A stretch of 64,000 nucleotides of DNA from an uncultured Dehalococcoidales bacterium. Its GTDB lineage: Bacteria; Chloroflexota; Dehalococcoidia; E44-bin15. Each line of letters begins with the position of its first letter. The stretch's first letter is position 1. Location of the stretch: assembly GCA_964443325.1 (NCBI GenBank), contig CAYUCL010000006.1, forward strand, positions 14,644-78,643, read 5' to 3'. This document shows positions 33,280 to 43,251 of the stretch, one piece after another. The notes under the pieces were generated by a model. That model saw only the letters and a program-made list of their open reading frames with translations. It did not search any database and was not told the DNA's origin. Position numbers and translations under genes: made by a program.

Positions 33280-33568
33280 GATTGAAGTTAGAGAGGTCAG
33301 GGGCAAGTGCCCTGTTTATGAGGTTGGGGACAAGATAGTGGTAGACGACCCCAGGATATTACTGGATAGGACGGATGAACTCTGCACACACGCACTATCA
33401 ACCTTGCTCCATTACGTTACCATATTGGAGCACCACTGGTGTCCAGTGGAACTTGGATTGACCACCCCCGATGAGCCCGGGCATGCCTACATGCAGTGTG
33501 TTGATCCTGGTAGGCCCTACACTGAAGGTGGAACAGTGCTCTTTGAATGCCGTAGGATAGAAAAGTGA
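33272..33568 (+). CDS. Small Cys/His-rich protein (TIGR04076-like?), overlapping the GT2 stop
   Basis: MLEIEVREVRGKCPVYEVGDKIVVDDP...CTHALSTLLHYVTILEHHWCP...MQCVDPG...VLFECRRIEK. The ATG at 33272 overlaps the upstream TGA at 33277-33279. Family assignment is from memory and uncertain. Confidence 0.4.
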   Translation: MLEIEVREVRGKCPVYEVGDKIVVDDPRILLDRTDELCTHALSTLLHYVTILEHHWCPVELGLTTPDEPGHAYMQCVDPGRPYTEGGTVLFECRRIEK

Positions 33569-34647
33569 AAGTAGCAGTAATCCTTGGAACTCGCCCCGAA
33601 ATAATCAAGATGGCACCTGTGGTAAAGGAACTAGAACGGAGACACGTTGACTTCTTCATCCTTCATACCGGTCAACACTACTTCTATGACTTGGACAAGG
33701 TTTTTTTTGAGCAGTTGAAGCTACCGCAGGCCAAATACAACCTGGAGGTGGGCTCCGGTTCTCATGCTGAGCAGACAGCAGGAGTACTTATTGGCGTTGA
33801 GAAGGTCTTGCAAAAGGAAAACCCCGACATCGTTTTGGTAGAGGGCGATACCAACTCTGTTCTTGCTGGTGCCCTTTCCGCAGCGAAGCTCCACCTGGAA
33901 GTTGGCCATGTCGAGGCAGGTTTACGAAGTTACGACAGAAACATGCCAGAGGAAATCAACCGCACTCTGACTGACCATTGCTCCGATTATTTGTTTGCAC
34001 CAACTGATAATGCGAAGGCAATTCTCCTGGGTGAGGGTATCTCTGAAAAGAAGGTTTTTGTCACTGGTAATACTATTGTCGATGCAATCTTCCAGAACTT
34101 AGAAATTGCTAAAGGACGAATGGAAACCCTGAGTAAATTAAGTCTTAGGTCCAAGGAGTATTGCCTAGTCACCGTTCATCGTCAGGAGAATGTGGATGAC
34201 CAGGTAAGATTCGCCTCCATTCTAGAGGGACTGGAGAAGGTGGTAGACGAGTTTCATCTACCGGCAATCTATCCTATGCACCCCCATTCTTTGAGGAGAA
34301 TGAATGAGTTTCACCTAGCGCTGCAGAACCTCACGCTTATCGACCCCATCGATTTTCTGGGATTTACCCAGCTTGAGAGCAATGCAAAGCTTATCCTTAC
34401 CGACTCAGGGGGTGTACAGGAGGAAGCCTGCATCCTTGGCGTGCCTTGTGTCACCTTAAGGGACAATACCGAAAGATCTGAAACGGTCGAGGTTGGCGCC
34501 AACATGGTGGCTGGGACTTCGGCGGTTAAAATACTCGAATGTACCAGGGTGATGCTGACAGAGGGAAAGGGTTGGCAGAACCCCTTTGGTGATGGGAAAG
34601 CCGCCGAAAGGATAGTTAGCATAATTATGGAAGGAAGTGATGGCTAA
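33565..34647 (+). CDS. wecB: UDP-N-acetylglucosamine 2-epimerase (non-hydrolysing)
   Basis: MKVAVILGTRPEIIKMAPVV...HTGQHY...LVEGDTNSVLAGALSAAKLHLEVGHVEAGLRS...DSGGVQEEA. 360 aa. Canonical WecB/MnaA motifs. Confidence 0.88.
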   Translation: MKVAVILGTRPEIIKMAPVVKELERRHVDFFILHTGQHYFYDLDKVFFEQLKLPQAKYNLEVGSGSHAEQTAGVLIGVEKVLQKENPDIVLVEGDTNSVLAGALSAAKLHLEVGHVEAGLRSYDRNMPEEINRTLTDHCSDYLFAPTDNAKAILLGEGISEKKVFVTGNTIVDAIFQNLEIAKGRMETLSKLSLRSKEYCLVTVHRQENVDDQVRFASILEGLEKVVDEFHLPAIYPMHPHSLRRMNEFHLALQNLTLIDPIDFLGFTQLESNAKLILTDSGGVQEEACILGVPCVTLRDNTERSETVEVGANMVAGTSAVKILECTRVMLTEGKGWQNPFGDGKAAERIVSIIMEGSDG

Positions 34648-35563
34648 GATACTGGTTACCGGCGGGCTGGGCTTTATCGGCTCGAACCTTGTGCCTGAAC
34701 TGAAGAAGCGTGGTCATGATGTCTGGGTGTGTGACCTGGGGCAGTCAGAAAGCCCTAATTACATACGCTGCGACGTTACCAAATACCGCCAGCTTGAGAA
34801 GATATTTGAGGAGGATGACCTCGACTACGTCTATCACCTTGCCGCGGAATATGGCCGCTGGAACGGCGAGGACTACTATGAAAACCTGTGGCTCACCAAC
34901 GTGGTAGGTACGAAGCACATGCTCCGGCTTCAGGAAAAGAAAAGGTTCAGGCTGATATTCTTCAGCAGTGCCGAGGTCTATGGTGACTACGAGGGGGTGA
35001 TGAGCGAGGATGTAATGGATCGGATACCAATCAAGCAGATGAACGACTATGCCATGACCAAGTGGGTAGGGGAGCTGCAGGTGCTGAATTCGCAGGCCAT
35101 GTTCGGCACTGAGACGGTGAGGGTGCGGCCGGTGAACGCCTACGGGCCGCATGAGCACTACAGCCCTTATCGGGGGGTGATTCCTGCGTTTATCTATAAG
35201 GCGTTAAACAATGAGTCCTACACTGTATATCTGGGGCACAATCGCATCTTCGACTACGTTGAGGATACCTGTCGCACCTTTGCTAACATCGCCGACAACT
35301 TCAAGCCTGGCGAGGTGTACAACACTGGCGGCAAAGAGGAATGGGAGCACGAGATAAAGTACGTTTCCGACCTCATCCTCAGGAATCTGGGCAAAGACGA
35401 TTCAAGGATCACGTACAAGGAAGCTGAGCCCTTTACTACGAAGGTCAAGCACATGGACTTCTCCAAGGCGAGGAGAGACCTGAACCATGACCCTAAGGTC
35501 CCTTTGGAAGAGGGAATACCAAGGACTATTGAGTGGATGAAGAAGGTGTATTGCAGCAAATGA
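34637..35563 (+). CDS. NAD-dependent epimerase/dehydratase (extended SDR)
   Basis: ILVTGGLGFIGSNLV Rossmann motif and a Y-x3-K catalytic motif. 308 aa. Confidence 0.75.
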   Translation: MMAKILVTGGLGFIGSNLVPELKKRGHDVWVCDLGQSESPNYIRCDVTKYRQLEKIFEEDDLDYVYHLAAEYGRWNGEDYYENLWLTNVVGTKHMLRLQEKKRFRLIFFSSAEVYGDYEGVMSEDVMDRIPIKQMNDYAMTKWVGELQVLNSQAMFGTETVRVRPVNAYGPHEHYSPYRGVIPAFIYKALNNESYTVYLGHNRIFDYVEDTCRTFANIADNFKPGEVYNTGGKEEWEHEIKYVSDLILRNLGKDDSRITYKEAEPFTTKVKHMDFSKARRDLNHDPKVPLEEGIPRTIEWMKKVYCSK

Positions 35564-36783
35564 GAATCCTAATCACTCAAGAGACCGATTGGCTTAAACG
35601 AAACCCTGCACAGCAGCATCATCTGGCAGAGATGCTGTCGCTAAGGGGTCACGAAATACGCGTTATCGATTACGAGTTTCTATGGAGAATAGAAGCTAGA
35701 AAAAGGCTATATTCGATGCGGGGAATCTTTGAAAATGTGTCCAAGATTCACCAAGGTGCAAATATCACTTTAATTCGCCCTGGTATTGTCAAGATACTCC
35801 CTTGGTTGGATTATGTTTCTCTGATATTTTCCCACAGAAGAGAAATCAAGCGCCAGATAAAGGAATTCTCTCCCGATGTGATTATTGGCCTGGGCATCCT
35901 GAATAGTTATCTGTCTGCAATGGCGACGAAAAATAGTAATATACCCTTCATTTATTATTGGATAGATGTATTGCACTTGCTCATACCATCTAAGCCATTG
36001 CGTTTTCTAGGAAAGCTTGTAGAGAGGGCGGTTCTGAAAAGGGCTGATCGAGTTCTGGTAATAAATGAAGAGCTCAAAGACTATGTAGTGGCATTGGGGG
36101 CTTTGCCTGAGCGATCTCAGGTATTGAGAGCTGGCATCGATATCGGGCGATTTAACCCCAATAGTGATGGCGATGCTATTAGAAAAGAATATGGGTATAG
36201 TGAACAAGATGTGATCCTCTTCTTCATGGGCTGGCTTTACAGCTTTTCTGGCTTAAAAGAAGTCTGCTCACAACTGGCGCAGATCGAGAACCATAACCTC
36301 AAGCTATTTATCGTTGGTGATGGCGATGCCTACAACGAACTCTGTGCAATACGGGACAGGCAAGGCCTGCAAGACAGGCTTATTCTGGCCGGCAAGAAGG
36401 CCTATCAGGAGATCCCCGCCTTCATAAGTGCATCCGACATTTGTCTTTTGCCAGCCTATCCTGCGGAGAAGATAATGCAGCACATTGTCCCCATAAAGAT
36501 GTACGAGTATATGGCGATGAGAAAGCCAGTGATCGCAACCAAGCTCCCTGGATTAATCAAAGAGTTCGGCGAGGATAACGGGATAGTCTATGTGGATAGA
36601 CCAGAGGATGTTGTCGAAAAGGCTATCGAACTGATTGATAGTGCTAGCGTAGAGGTACTAGGTACAAAGGCGAGGAGCTTCGCTGAGAAGTACGATTGGG
36701 ACAGAATCACCGATCAATTTGAGCGAATCTTGGAAGAAGCTACTAAGGAGAAGGCAGGAACAAATGAAACAATACATAGATAA
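35533..36783 (+). CDS. Family-4 glycosyltransferase (GT-B)
   Basis: C-terminal Glycos_transf_1 region (LKLFIVGDGDAY...LLPAYPAEKIMQHIVPIKMYEYMAMRKPVIATKLPG). Confidence 0.75.
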   Translation: MDEEGVLQQMRILITQETDWLKRNPAQQHHLAEMLSLRGHEIRVIDYEFLWRIEARKRLYSMRGIFENVSKIHQGANITLIRPGIVKILPWLDYVSLIFSHRREIKRQIKEFSPDVIIGLGILNSYLSAMATKNSNIPFIYYWIDVLHLLIPSKPLRFLGKLVERAVLKRADRVLVINEELKDYVVALGALPERSQVLRAGIDIGRFNPNSDGDAIRKEYGYSEQDVILFFMGWLYSFSGLKEVCSQLAQIENHNLKLFIVGDGDAYNELCAIRDRQGLQDRLILAGKKAYQEIPAFISASDICLLPAYPAEKIMQHIVPIKMYEYMAMRKPVIATKLPGLIKEFGEDNGIVYVDRPEDVVEKAIELIDSASVEVLGTKARSFAEKYDWDRITDQFERILEEATKEKAGTNETIHR

Positions 36784-37762
36784 GTACAAGGGCAAGAACA
36801 TCCTCATTACCGGAGGGGCGGGATGCATCGGCAGCAATCTCACCAAAGCCTTAATCAAGGCGGAGGCTGCCAGTATCATTGTCCTTGATGACCTGTCTGC
36901 CGCTGAGAGGTGGAATGTCCCCGATGACCCCAACGTGGTCTTCATCCAAGGGAGCGTCTGCGACGACGAAGTCTTGAAGCGAGCGTTTTCAAACAGGCTC
37001 GACTTTGTCTTCCATCTGGCGGCGCACTTCGCCAACCAGAATTCGGTGGACAATCCGGAGACCGACCTTAAAGTCAATGGACTTGGCACACTCAAGATGC
37101 TGGAGTACTCCCACCTGGCGGGCGTCGGCAGGCTTGTCTTTGCCTCCTCTGGCTGCTCGGTCTATGGCAGCCAGGCACCCCTGCCGCTGAAGGAGGACTT
37201 CGTTTCCGTTCACCTGGATACCCCCTATCAAATCACCAAGCTCCTGGGAGAACTATATTGTAATTTCTTTCATGACTACTACGGCTTGCCAATAGCCATA
37301 GCGCGCTACTTCAACGTCTATGGCCCTGGAGAAATACCCGGTGCCTATCGCAACGTAATTCCCAATTTCATCTGGTGGGGGCTTCATGGCCAACCTCTGA
37401 CAATCACCGGTACCGGTGAAGAGACCAGGGACTTCACCTTTGTGGATGACATCGTTGACGGCACTCTGCGATTGGGCGTTATGCCTGAAGCACTAGGGCA
37501 AGCCTTCAACCTTGCTTCCGAAATTGAGACCAAGGTCATCGATATTGCCACCACGGTGAATGAACTGACCGGCAACGACGGAGCAGTGCAGTACGTCGGC
37601 AGAAGGGATTGGGACAAGATCACAAGGAGAAGAGCCTCTATTGAAAGAGCAAGGGGAGTATTGGGTTACGAACCCAAGACGCAATTGAAGGACGGGGTCA
37701 AGAAAGCCTATGAATGGATAGCTGGGAATCGCGAGAGAATAGAGGAAAGCACAAGGTTCTAG
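36764..37762 (+). CDS. NAD-dependent epimerase/dehydratase (extended SDR; UDP-glucuronate decarboxylase / 4,6-dehydratase-like)
   Basis: ILITGGAGCIGSNL, YQITKLLGE (Y-x3-K), ARYFNVYGP. ATG at 36764; the ORF-track start at 36719 overlaps the previous gene. Confidence 0.75.
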   Translation: MKQYIDKYKGKNILITGGAGCIGSNLTKALIKAEAASIIVLDDLSAAERWNVPDDPNVVFIQGSVCDDEVLKRAFSNRLDFVFHLAAHFANQNSVDNPETDLKVNGLGTLKMLEYSHLAGVGRLVFASSGCSVYGSQAPLPLKEDFVSVHLDTPYQITKLLGELYCNFFHDYYGLPIAIARYFNVYGPGEIPGAYRNVIPNFIWWGLHGQPLTITGTGEETRDFTFVDDIVDGTLRLGVMPEALGQAFNLASEIETKVIDIATTVNELTGNDGAVQYVGRRDWDKITRRRASIERARGVLGYEPKTQLKDGVKKAYEWIAGNRERIEESTRF

Positions 37763-37778
37763 AATAGCAGAAGATGCT

Positions 37779-38744
37779 GTGAAAAGAGGCCATATGAATC
37801 ACAATTACGTCGTGGCTGAACCACTAATAGAGACATTCAGAGGCAGCAATATCGATCTAAGCAATCTGCCAAGAGTTTCGTTCTGCATACCCACCAGGAA
37901 CAGGGAAAGGAGTCTCAGATATTGCCTCCAGAGCATCGTTACACAGGATTACCCCGATATTGAAACCGTGGTGGTAGACAATGGGTCCACCGATGCGTCT
38001 GTGGAGGTAGCAAGGGAGTTCACCGACAACGTCTTCACTTGCGATGGGCCGCTGGGTAAGGTGCGGCAATTCTCGATCGAGAGGAGCAGTGGTGCAATTC
38101 TTGCGCTGCTGGATGATGATGTTACACTTCCGCACCAGAAATGGCTGATCAATGCCATCAGATATTTCAACTACAGTGACCGCGTCAGCACCGTGTGGCC
38201 TCGAAACGTAGCTCCTCCCAGCGCATCGCGCTTCACCAGGCTGTATCTCAATTTCTGGAAGGTCACTATGGAGGACCGCGTTGCCAAAGGACGGGGTCTT
38301 TGCGGTGGTGGCAACGCGTTGTTCCTGAGGAAAGCAATCAAGGAAATCGGAGGTATCAACACCTCGCTACACTGGGGAGAGGACTACGACTGGGCGGGAA
38401 AGCTCAGAGATAGAGGATACCAGGTGGTGTACATCAAGGACCCTATCTGGCATGACACCATGATGTCTCTCCGAGAGTTCACCCGAAAGCAGTTCACCGG
38501 CGCAGCCACATTCACCACGTCGCAGGGCTTCCGTCTGGTGCAACTGTCGCTCCGTGACGTATTCTACGAACAGGTCATACTGGGCACAAAGGGAATGATA
38601 CTCGGGCTCCTCAGGGAGAGGGACATGTCGTGGTTTCTCTACCCCGCGTTCGTAGGTGCTAGAACTCTGGCGTTTGGATATACCTATATTTCTTGCCACG
38701 CAAGGCAATTATTGAACGACAGAAGATTCAGGATATCTGGATAG
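37779..38744 (+). CDS. Family-2 glycosyltransferase
   Basis: VSFCIPTRNRERSLRYCLQSIVTQDYPDIETVVVDNGSTDAS...LDDDVT. Confidence 0.75.
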   Translation: MKRGHMNHNYVVAEPLIETFRGSNIDLSNLPRVSFCIPTRNRERSLRYCLQSIVTQDYPDIETVVVDNGSTDASVEVAREFTDNVFTCDGPLGKVRQFSIERSSGAILALLDDDVTLPHQKWLINAIRYFNYSDRVSTVWPRNVAPPSASRFTRLYLNFWKVTMEDRVAKGRGLCGGGNALFLRKAIKEIGGINTSLHWGEDYDWAGKLRDRGYQVVYIKDPIWHDTMMSLREFTRKQFTGAATFTTSQGFRLVQLSLRDVFYEQVILGTKGMILGLLRERDMSWFLYPAFVGARTLAFGYTYISCHARQLLNDRRFRISG

Positions 38745-38828
38745 AATGATAGATCGTAAACCAGACTGTACTACACCAAGGTATGAAAATATCGTTTTGC
38801 CAAGCAACAAAGAAGAGGAGAGTAAGCG

Positions 38829-39755
38829 ATGCTAAAGACACTGATGACAAAGTTGATTTATCGGGCTCATACATCACGATATTTTCCTTTTAGAAATGGA
38901 GTGACCCAAGTAGTCCTCATACTGTTCTACAGAGGATTGAAATTGATTAGAAAAAAAATGACCTTCATAACTACAGTCGGCGAAATAACGTATGAAGTGG
39001 ACCTTCACGAAAAAATGGATTTTCAGTTGTACTTTTTGGGTATTTATGAGCAAGAGGTCACTTGGGCTACCGATTTGTTGTGTCGAGAAGGCATGACTGT
39101 CCTGGATATTGGGGCAAATGCCGGATTTCACACATTTCGTTTTGCCAGATTGGTGGGTTCAGAAGGAAAAGTAATAGCATTTGAACCAATGGCAAACGCT
39201 TTTGCAAGACTTAACAGAAACATGGTACTGAATAGTTACAACAATATCATCCTTGAAAAGCTAGCAATCTCAAATGAGAGCAAGCGCAATCAAGTCGTTG
39301 ATTTTAGAACAAGTTGGCTGCTGGATCAACCTAGCTTTCCTCAGGCTGACAATGTTGCCCGAGAAAAGGATGTCGTTGATTTCATTACTTTGGACGAGTA
39401 CCTGAGGGAAAAGCAATATAACAAGGTTGATCTCATTAAGATTGATGTTGATGGCTATGAGCTTAAAGTTATTCAAGGTGCAATTGAAACACTGAAATTA
39501 CACAAGCCTTTCCTCCTGCTCGAAATCGGACCAAAATCCATGGAGACAGTAGAGGACAAAGCAACGGATCTGGTATCTCAACTTTCAGATTTAGGCTATG
39601 AATTCTATTGGTATTCTCCTTCGAAACGTAAGATTAAGAAATATCCAAGCTTAGATTACTTCATAGAGTCAATACTCTATGAAGGAGAATCAACTAACTA
39701 TGTTTTGAGTGTAAAGGATTTGTCGGCAGTGCATGAAAGCAAGTGCATTAGTTGA
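38829..39755 (+). CDS. FkbM-family SAM-dependent methyltransferase
   Basis: TVLDIGANAGFHTFRFARLVGSEGKVIAFEP...VDLIKIDVDGYELKVIQGA is the FkbM signature. Roughly 40% GC. Confidence 0.75.
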   Translation: MLKTLMTKLIYRAHTSRYFPFRNGVTQVVLILFYRGLKLIRKKMTFITTVGEITYEVDLHEKMDFQLYFLGIYEQEVTWATDLLCREGMTVLDIGANAGFHTFRFARLVGSEGKVIAFEPMANAFARLNRNMVLNSYNNIILEKLAISNESKRNQVVDFRTSWLLDQPSFPQADNVAREKDVVDFITLDEYLREKQYNKVDLIKIDVDGYELKVIQGAIETLKLHKPFLLLEIGPKSMETVEDKATDLVSQLSDLGYEFYWYSPSKRKIKKYPSLDYFIESILYEGESTNYVLSVKDLSAVHESKCIS

Positions 39756-39873
39756 GAAAAATATTAGCGTGAACTATGTGAGTAGTATTACGATTTGTGT
39801 TGCGAAATTTTATTTATCCGGCAACAGCTAGTTTGATTGTAGCGGAGAAGTGCAAATCAGAGGTCGAAAACCA

Positions 39874-41049
39874 ATGAAAATCCTTCAGGTGATATCTTCT
39901 TTCCCGCCGGCATATGCATATGGTGGTCCTCTCAAGATGGCTTACGGTATTTCGAAGGAGCTGGCAAGAAGAGGGCATGAAGTCACTGTTTATACGACCG
40001 ATGTCTACGATGCCCAGTGCCGCTTCAAACAAATCCAAAATCCGAGCTATATGGACGGTGTAAAGGTTCACCGCTTTAGAAATGTTAATAACAAGCTTGC
40101 CCATGGAAACCTTGCTATCGCTCCAATGATGGCACGCGCATTAGACAGGAACATCGCCAATTTCGATATAGCTCACGTGCATGAAACTCGTACCTTTCAG
40201 GCGATGATTGTACGCCACTATGCGAACAAACACGGCATTCCTTACGTATTACAGGCTCGCGGCTCTCTTCCTAGGATAATGGCCAAACGGAGACTGAAGA
40301 TGGTGCTTGACGTTGTGTGGGGCTACAAGTTGCTAAGGGATGCTGCAAAGGTGATTGCTCTCACAGAAGCCGAAGCTCAGCAATACAGAAGCATGGATTT
40401 AACCAAGGACAGAATTGAGATCGTTCCCAATGGAATCGACCTCTCGGAATTTAATGCTTTGCCGCAAAAGGGCGAATTCAGAAGGAAATATGGCATCGGT
40501 GATGACCAAAAGCTACTTCTTTATCTGGCTAGGATCCATAAGATAAAGGGGCCAGACCTCCTAGCGAAAGCATTTGCTGGACTTCGGGGAGAAATTGGAG
40601 ATGCCAAGCTGGTGGTAGTCGGCCCAGACGATGGATATCTGTCAACGCTAAGACGACTGATAAAGGAACTGGGCATTGAACAAAGGGTCATGTTCACTGG
40701 TCCACTCTATGGACAAGATAAGCTATCAGCCTATGTTGATGCTGATGTATATATCTTGCCCTCATTCTACGAGGTTTTTGGTAATACAGCACTTGAAGCA
40801 TGTGCCTGTGGCACACCAGTGATGGTAACCGACCGTTGTGGTGTAGCAGACTTTGTCGGAAGGGTTGGATGCGTCGTGGGATATGACGAAGACCAGTTGC
40901 GAGATGGGCTCTTGAGAATGTTGTGCAATGGGATTTCAAGGAGGAGGTTGGGGGACGAAACTAAGCGGCTGGTGGGGGAAGAGTTTGGGTGGGACGTGAT
41001 TGCAGGGAAACTGGAGGATCTTTATGAGCGTATTCAGAATAGAGGATAA
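39874..41049 (+). CDS. Family-4 glycosyltransferase
   Basis: MKILQVISSFPPAYAYGGP N-terminus and C-terminal EVFGNTALEACACGTPVMVTDRCG. The ORF-track start 39850 is an extension. Confidence 0.8.
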   Translation: MKILQVISSFPPAYAYGGPLKMAYGISKELARRGHEVTVYTTDVYDAQCRFKQIQNPSYMDGVKVHRFRNVNNKLAHGNLAIAPMMARALDRNIANFDIAHVHETRTFQAMIVRHYANKHGIPYVLQARGSLPRIMAKRRLKMVLDVVWGYKLLRDAAKVIALTEAEAQQYRSMDLTKDRIEIVPNGIDLSEFNALPQKGEFRRKYGIGDDQKLLLYLARIHKIKGPDLLAKAFAGLRGEIGDAKLVVVGPDDGYLSTLRRLIKELGIEQRVMFTGPLYGQDKLSAYVDADVYILPSFYEVFGNTALEACACGTPVMVTDRCGVADFVGRVGCVVGYDEDQLRDGLLRMLCNGISRRRLGDETKRLVGEEFGWDVIAGKLEDLYERIQNRG

Positions 41050-41076
41050 CTACTGTCAGGGATATGGAATGGCGAG

Positions 41077-42963
41077 ATGAGTGGTATATGCGGCATAGTG
41101 CAAAGGGAACATGATATCCTACCCCAGAATCTGGAGCCTATGGTTAAGGCCATGGAGCATCGTGGTCCAGACGGTGCTGGCACAAGGTACTTTCCGGGAG
41201 TGGGTTTAGGCAATACTAGACTTGCCGTTATTGATCTCACCTCCGCTGGCAATCAACCAATGACCAATGAGGACGGCACTGTTTGGATTACTTATGATGG
41301 TGAAATTTATAACTATGGCGAACTCCGGGACAAGCTAATCAGCAAGGGGCACAGATTCAGCTCTGCAACCGATACCGAGGTCATCATTCACTTGTATGAG
41401 GAATACGGCAAGGATTGCCTTGGCTATCTGCGGGGAATGTTTGCTTTTGCTATCTGGGATGAGAGAAACAAGAGTCTTTTTCTAGCAAGAGATAGACTGG
41501 GTGTCAAGCCTCTGTACTATGTATATTATGGAGACAGGCTTATCTTTGCTTCAGAGATTAAGGCTATCCTCTCTGCCAAGCTTTTACCTAAGAAACTCAA
41601 TACCCAAGCAGTATTGGCCTATTTCTTGTTTGGCTCAATCCCGCCTCCACTTACCATCTTCGAAGGCGTAAACGTTCTCCCCCCAGGGCACCATATGGAG
41701 CTTCAAAATGGGCGTATGAATCCCCAAAGCTACTGGGAGCTTTCTTTCCAACCAAAAGAGAATATTGGGAAGGAGCAAGCCACCACCGAGCTCAGATCGC
41801 TACTGGAACAGGCTATGAATTCTCATATTATGAGTGATGCTCCATTAGGTGCCTTTATCAGCGGTGGTATTGACTCTTCAATTATAGTCGCAATTGTGAG
41901 TAGGCTGATTAGCAGTCCTCTAAGGACTTTCAGCATCACCTTTCCTGAAATATCCTTCAGCGAGTCTCATTTTGCTAGGCTCGTGGCTGCGAGGTTTGAA
42001 ACTAATCATACCGAATACGAGGTTACCAGCGACAATGTCAAGGACCAACTTACCGCCATAATCCGCGCTATGGACCAGCCAACGGTAGACGGGGTCAATA
42101 CCTACTTCGTTTCCAAAGCCGCCAGGGAGGCTGGAATCGTAGTAGCCCTATCTGGGCTTGGAGGTGATGAGCTCTTTCATGGCTACTCAAGCTTCACGGC
42201 GATTCCCAGGATGCACCGAAGACTGACCCCGTTGCGATATATGCCTGTCAGCATGCGGAAGCCGTTCTGCTGGCCCCTTTCCCGGGGTGCCCTTGGAGGA
42301 CATGGTAAGAAGTTAGCTTATCTGATATCTAGCGCTCTCTCCATAGAAGACATCTACTTCGCGTGGAGGTCTTGCTTTGTGGATAGTGATCTAGCTTGCC
42401 TGATTAACCCAGATGTCTGGCGTCAGGAGGACCTATCTGTGGGATCAGAGTATGTAAAAAGCATGGGTAGGAGGTGTAATGCTCGTGATCCTGTGGACAG
42501 AATATCCTTCTTGGAATTGATGACATATATGAGTAATCAGTTACTTTGGGATACCGATGTGATGAGCATGGCACATTCCCTAGAAGTGAGGACTCCTTAC
42601 TTGGACGATGTTCTGGTGGAATTCGCCTCCAAATTGCCCGCCAACCTTAGGAAGGCTGAGGGACGGCCAAAAGGACTGTTGCTAGAGTCAGTAGATGGTC
42701 TTCTGCCTCCGGAGGTCGTTGAGCGAAAGAAAATGGGGTTTGAGTTCCCATTTTATCTATGGCTTAGGGAAGGTCTAAGACCTTTAGTGTCAGAGGTTTT
42801 GTCTCCAAAGAACATTGAACAGCTCGGTCTACTTCAACCCAGAGCGGTTAGTTCCTTATGGCAGAATTTTCTCCATAGTAAGAAAGGTATTGGATGGTCA
42901 AGAGTTTGGGCAATACTTATCTTTCAGCTCTGGTGCAATGAGGTGCTAAGATCTCAGTCTTAG
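41077..42963 (+). CDS. Asparagine-synthetase-family glutamine amidotransferase (AsnB/WbpS-like)
   Basis: N-terminal ...ICGIVQ GATase-II domain with Cys at position 5 (MSGICGI). SGGIDSS PP-loop. About 628 aa. It sits inside the glycan cluster. Confidence 0.8.
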   Translation: MSGICGIVQREHDILPQNLEPMVKAMEHRGPDGAGTRYFPGVGLGNTRLAVIDLTSAGNQPMTNEDGTVWITYDGEIYNYGELRDKLISKGHRFSSATDTEVIIHLYEEYGKDCLGYLRGMFAFAIWDERNKSLFLARDRLGVKPLYYVYYGDRLIFASEIKAILSAKLLPKKLNTQAVLAYFLFGSIPPPLTIFEGVNVLPPGHHMELQNGRMNPQSYWELSFQPKENIGKEQATTELRSLLEQAMNSHIMSDAPLGAFISGGIDSSIIVAIVSRLISSPLRTFSITFPEISFSESHFARLVAARFETNHTEYEVTSDNVKDQLTAIIRAMDQPTVDGVNTYFVSKAAREAGIVVALSGLGGDELFHGYSSFTAIPRMHRRLTPLRYMPVSMRKPFCWPLSRGALGGHGKKLAYLISSALSIEDIYFAWRSCFVDSDLACLINPDVWRQEDLSVGSEYVKSMGRRCNARDPVDRISFLELMTYMSNQLLWDTDVMSMAHSLEVRTPYLDDVLVEFASKLPANLRKAEGRPKGLLLESVDGLLPPEVVERKKMGFEFPFYLWLREGLRPLVSEVLSPKNIEQLGLLQPRAVSSLWQNFLHSKKGIGWSRVWAILIFQLWCNEVLRSQS

Positions 42964-43251
42964 CTTGGCTGCAAAAGCTGGGACAGAGTAAGAAACCTAT
43001 TTAGAGGATAGTTAACATATGGATTTGAATATGAATGCCTACGCGTAGAACTAGCATGACGTCTGGTTTCACTGTGCTTTCTGAGTAGGCGGTTTGAGAT
43101 TGAAGATAGCGTAGGTAAAGCGACCCACGCTGGGGAGTACCTCAGCAATGGTGAAGAAAATAGAAAGCGATATGTCCTGCGTTTTATGGAAAGGCCTAGA
43201 TAATTGGTATCAGCACTGGTGATAACCATGCAAAAAGAGGAGTCATAGGAA

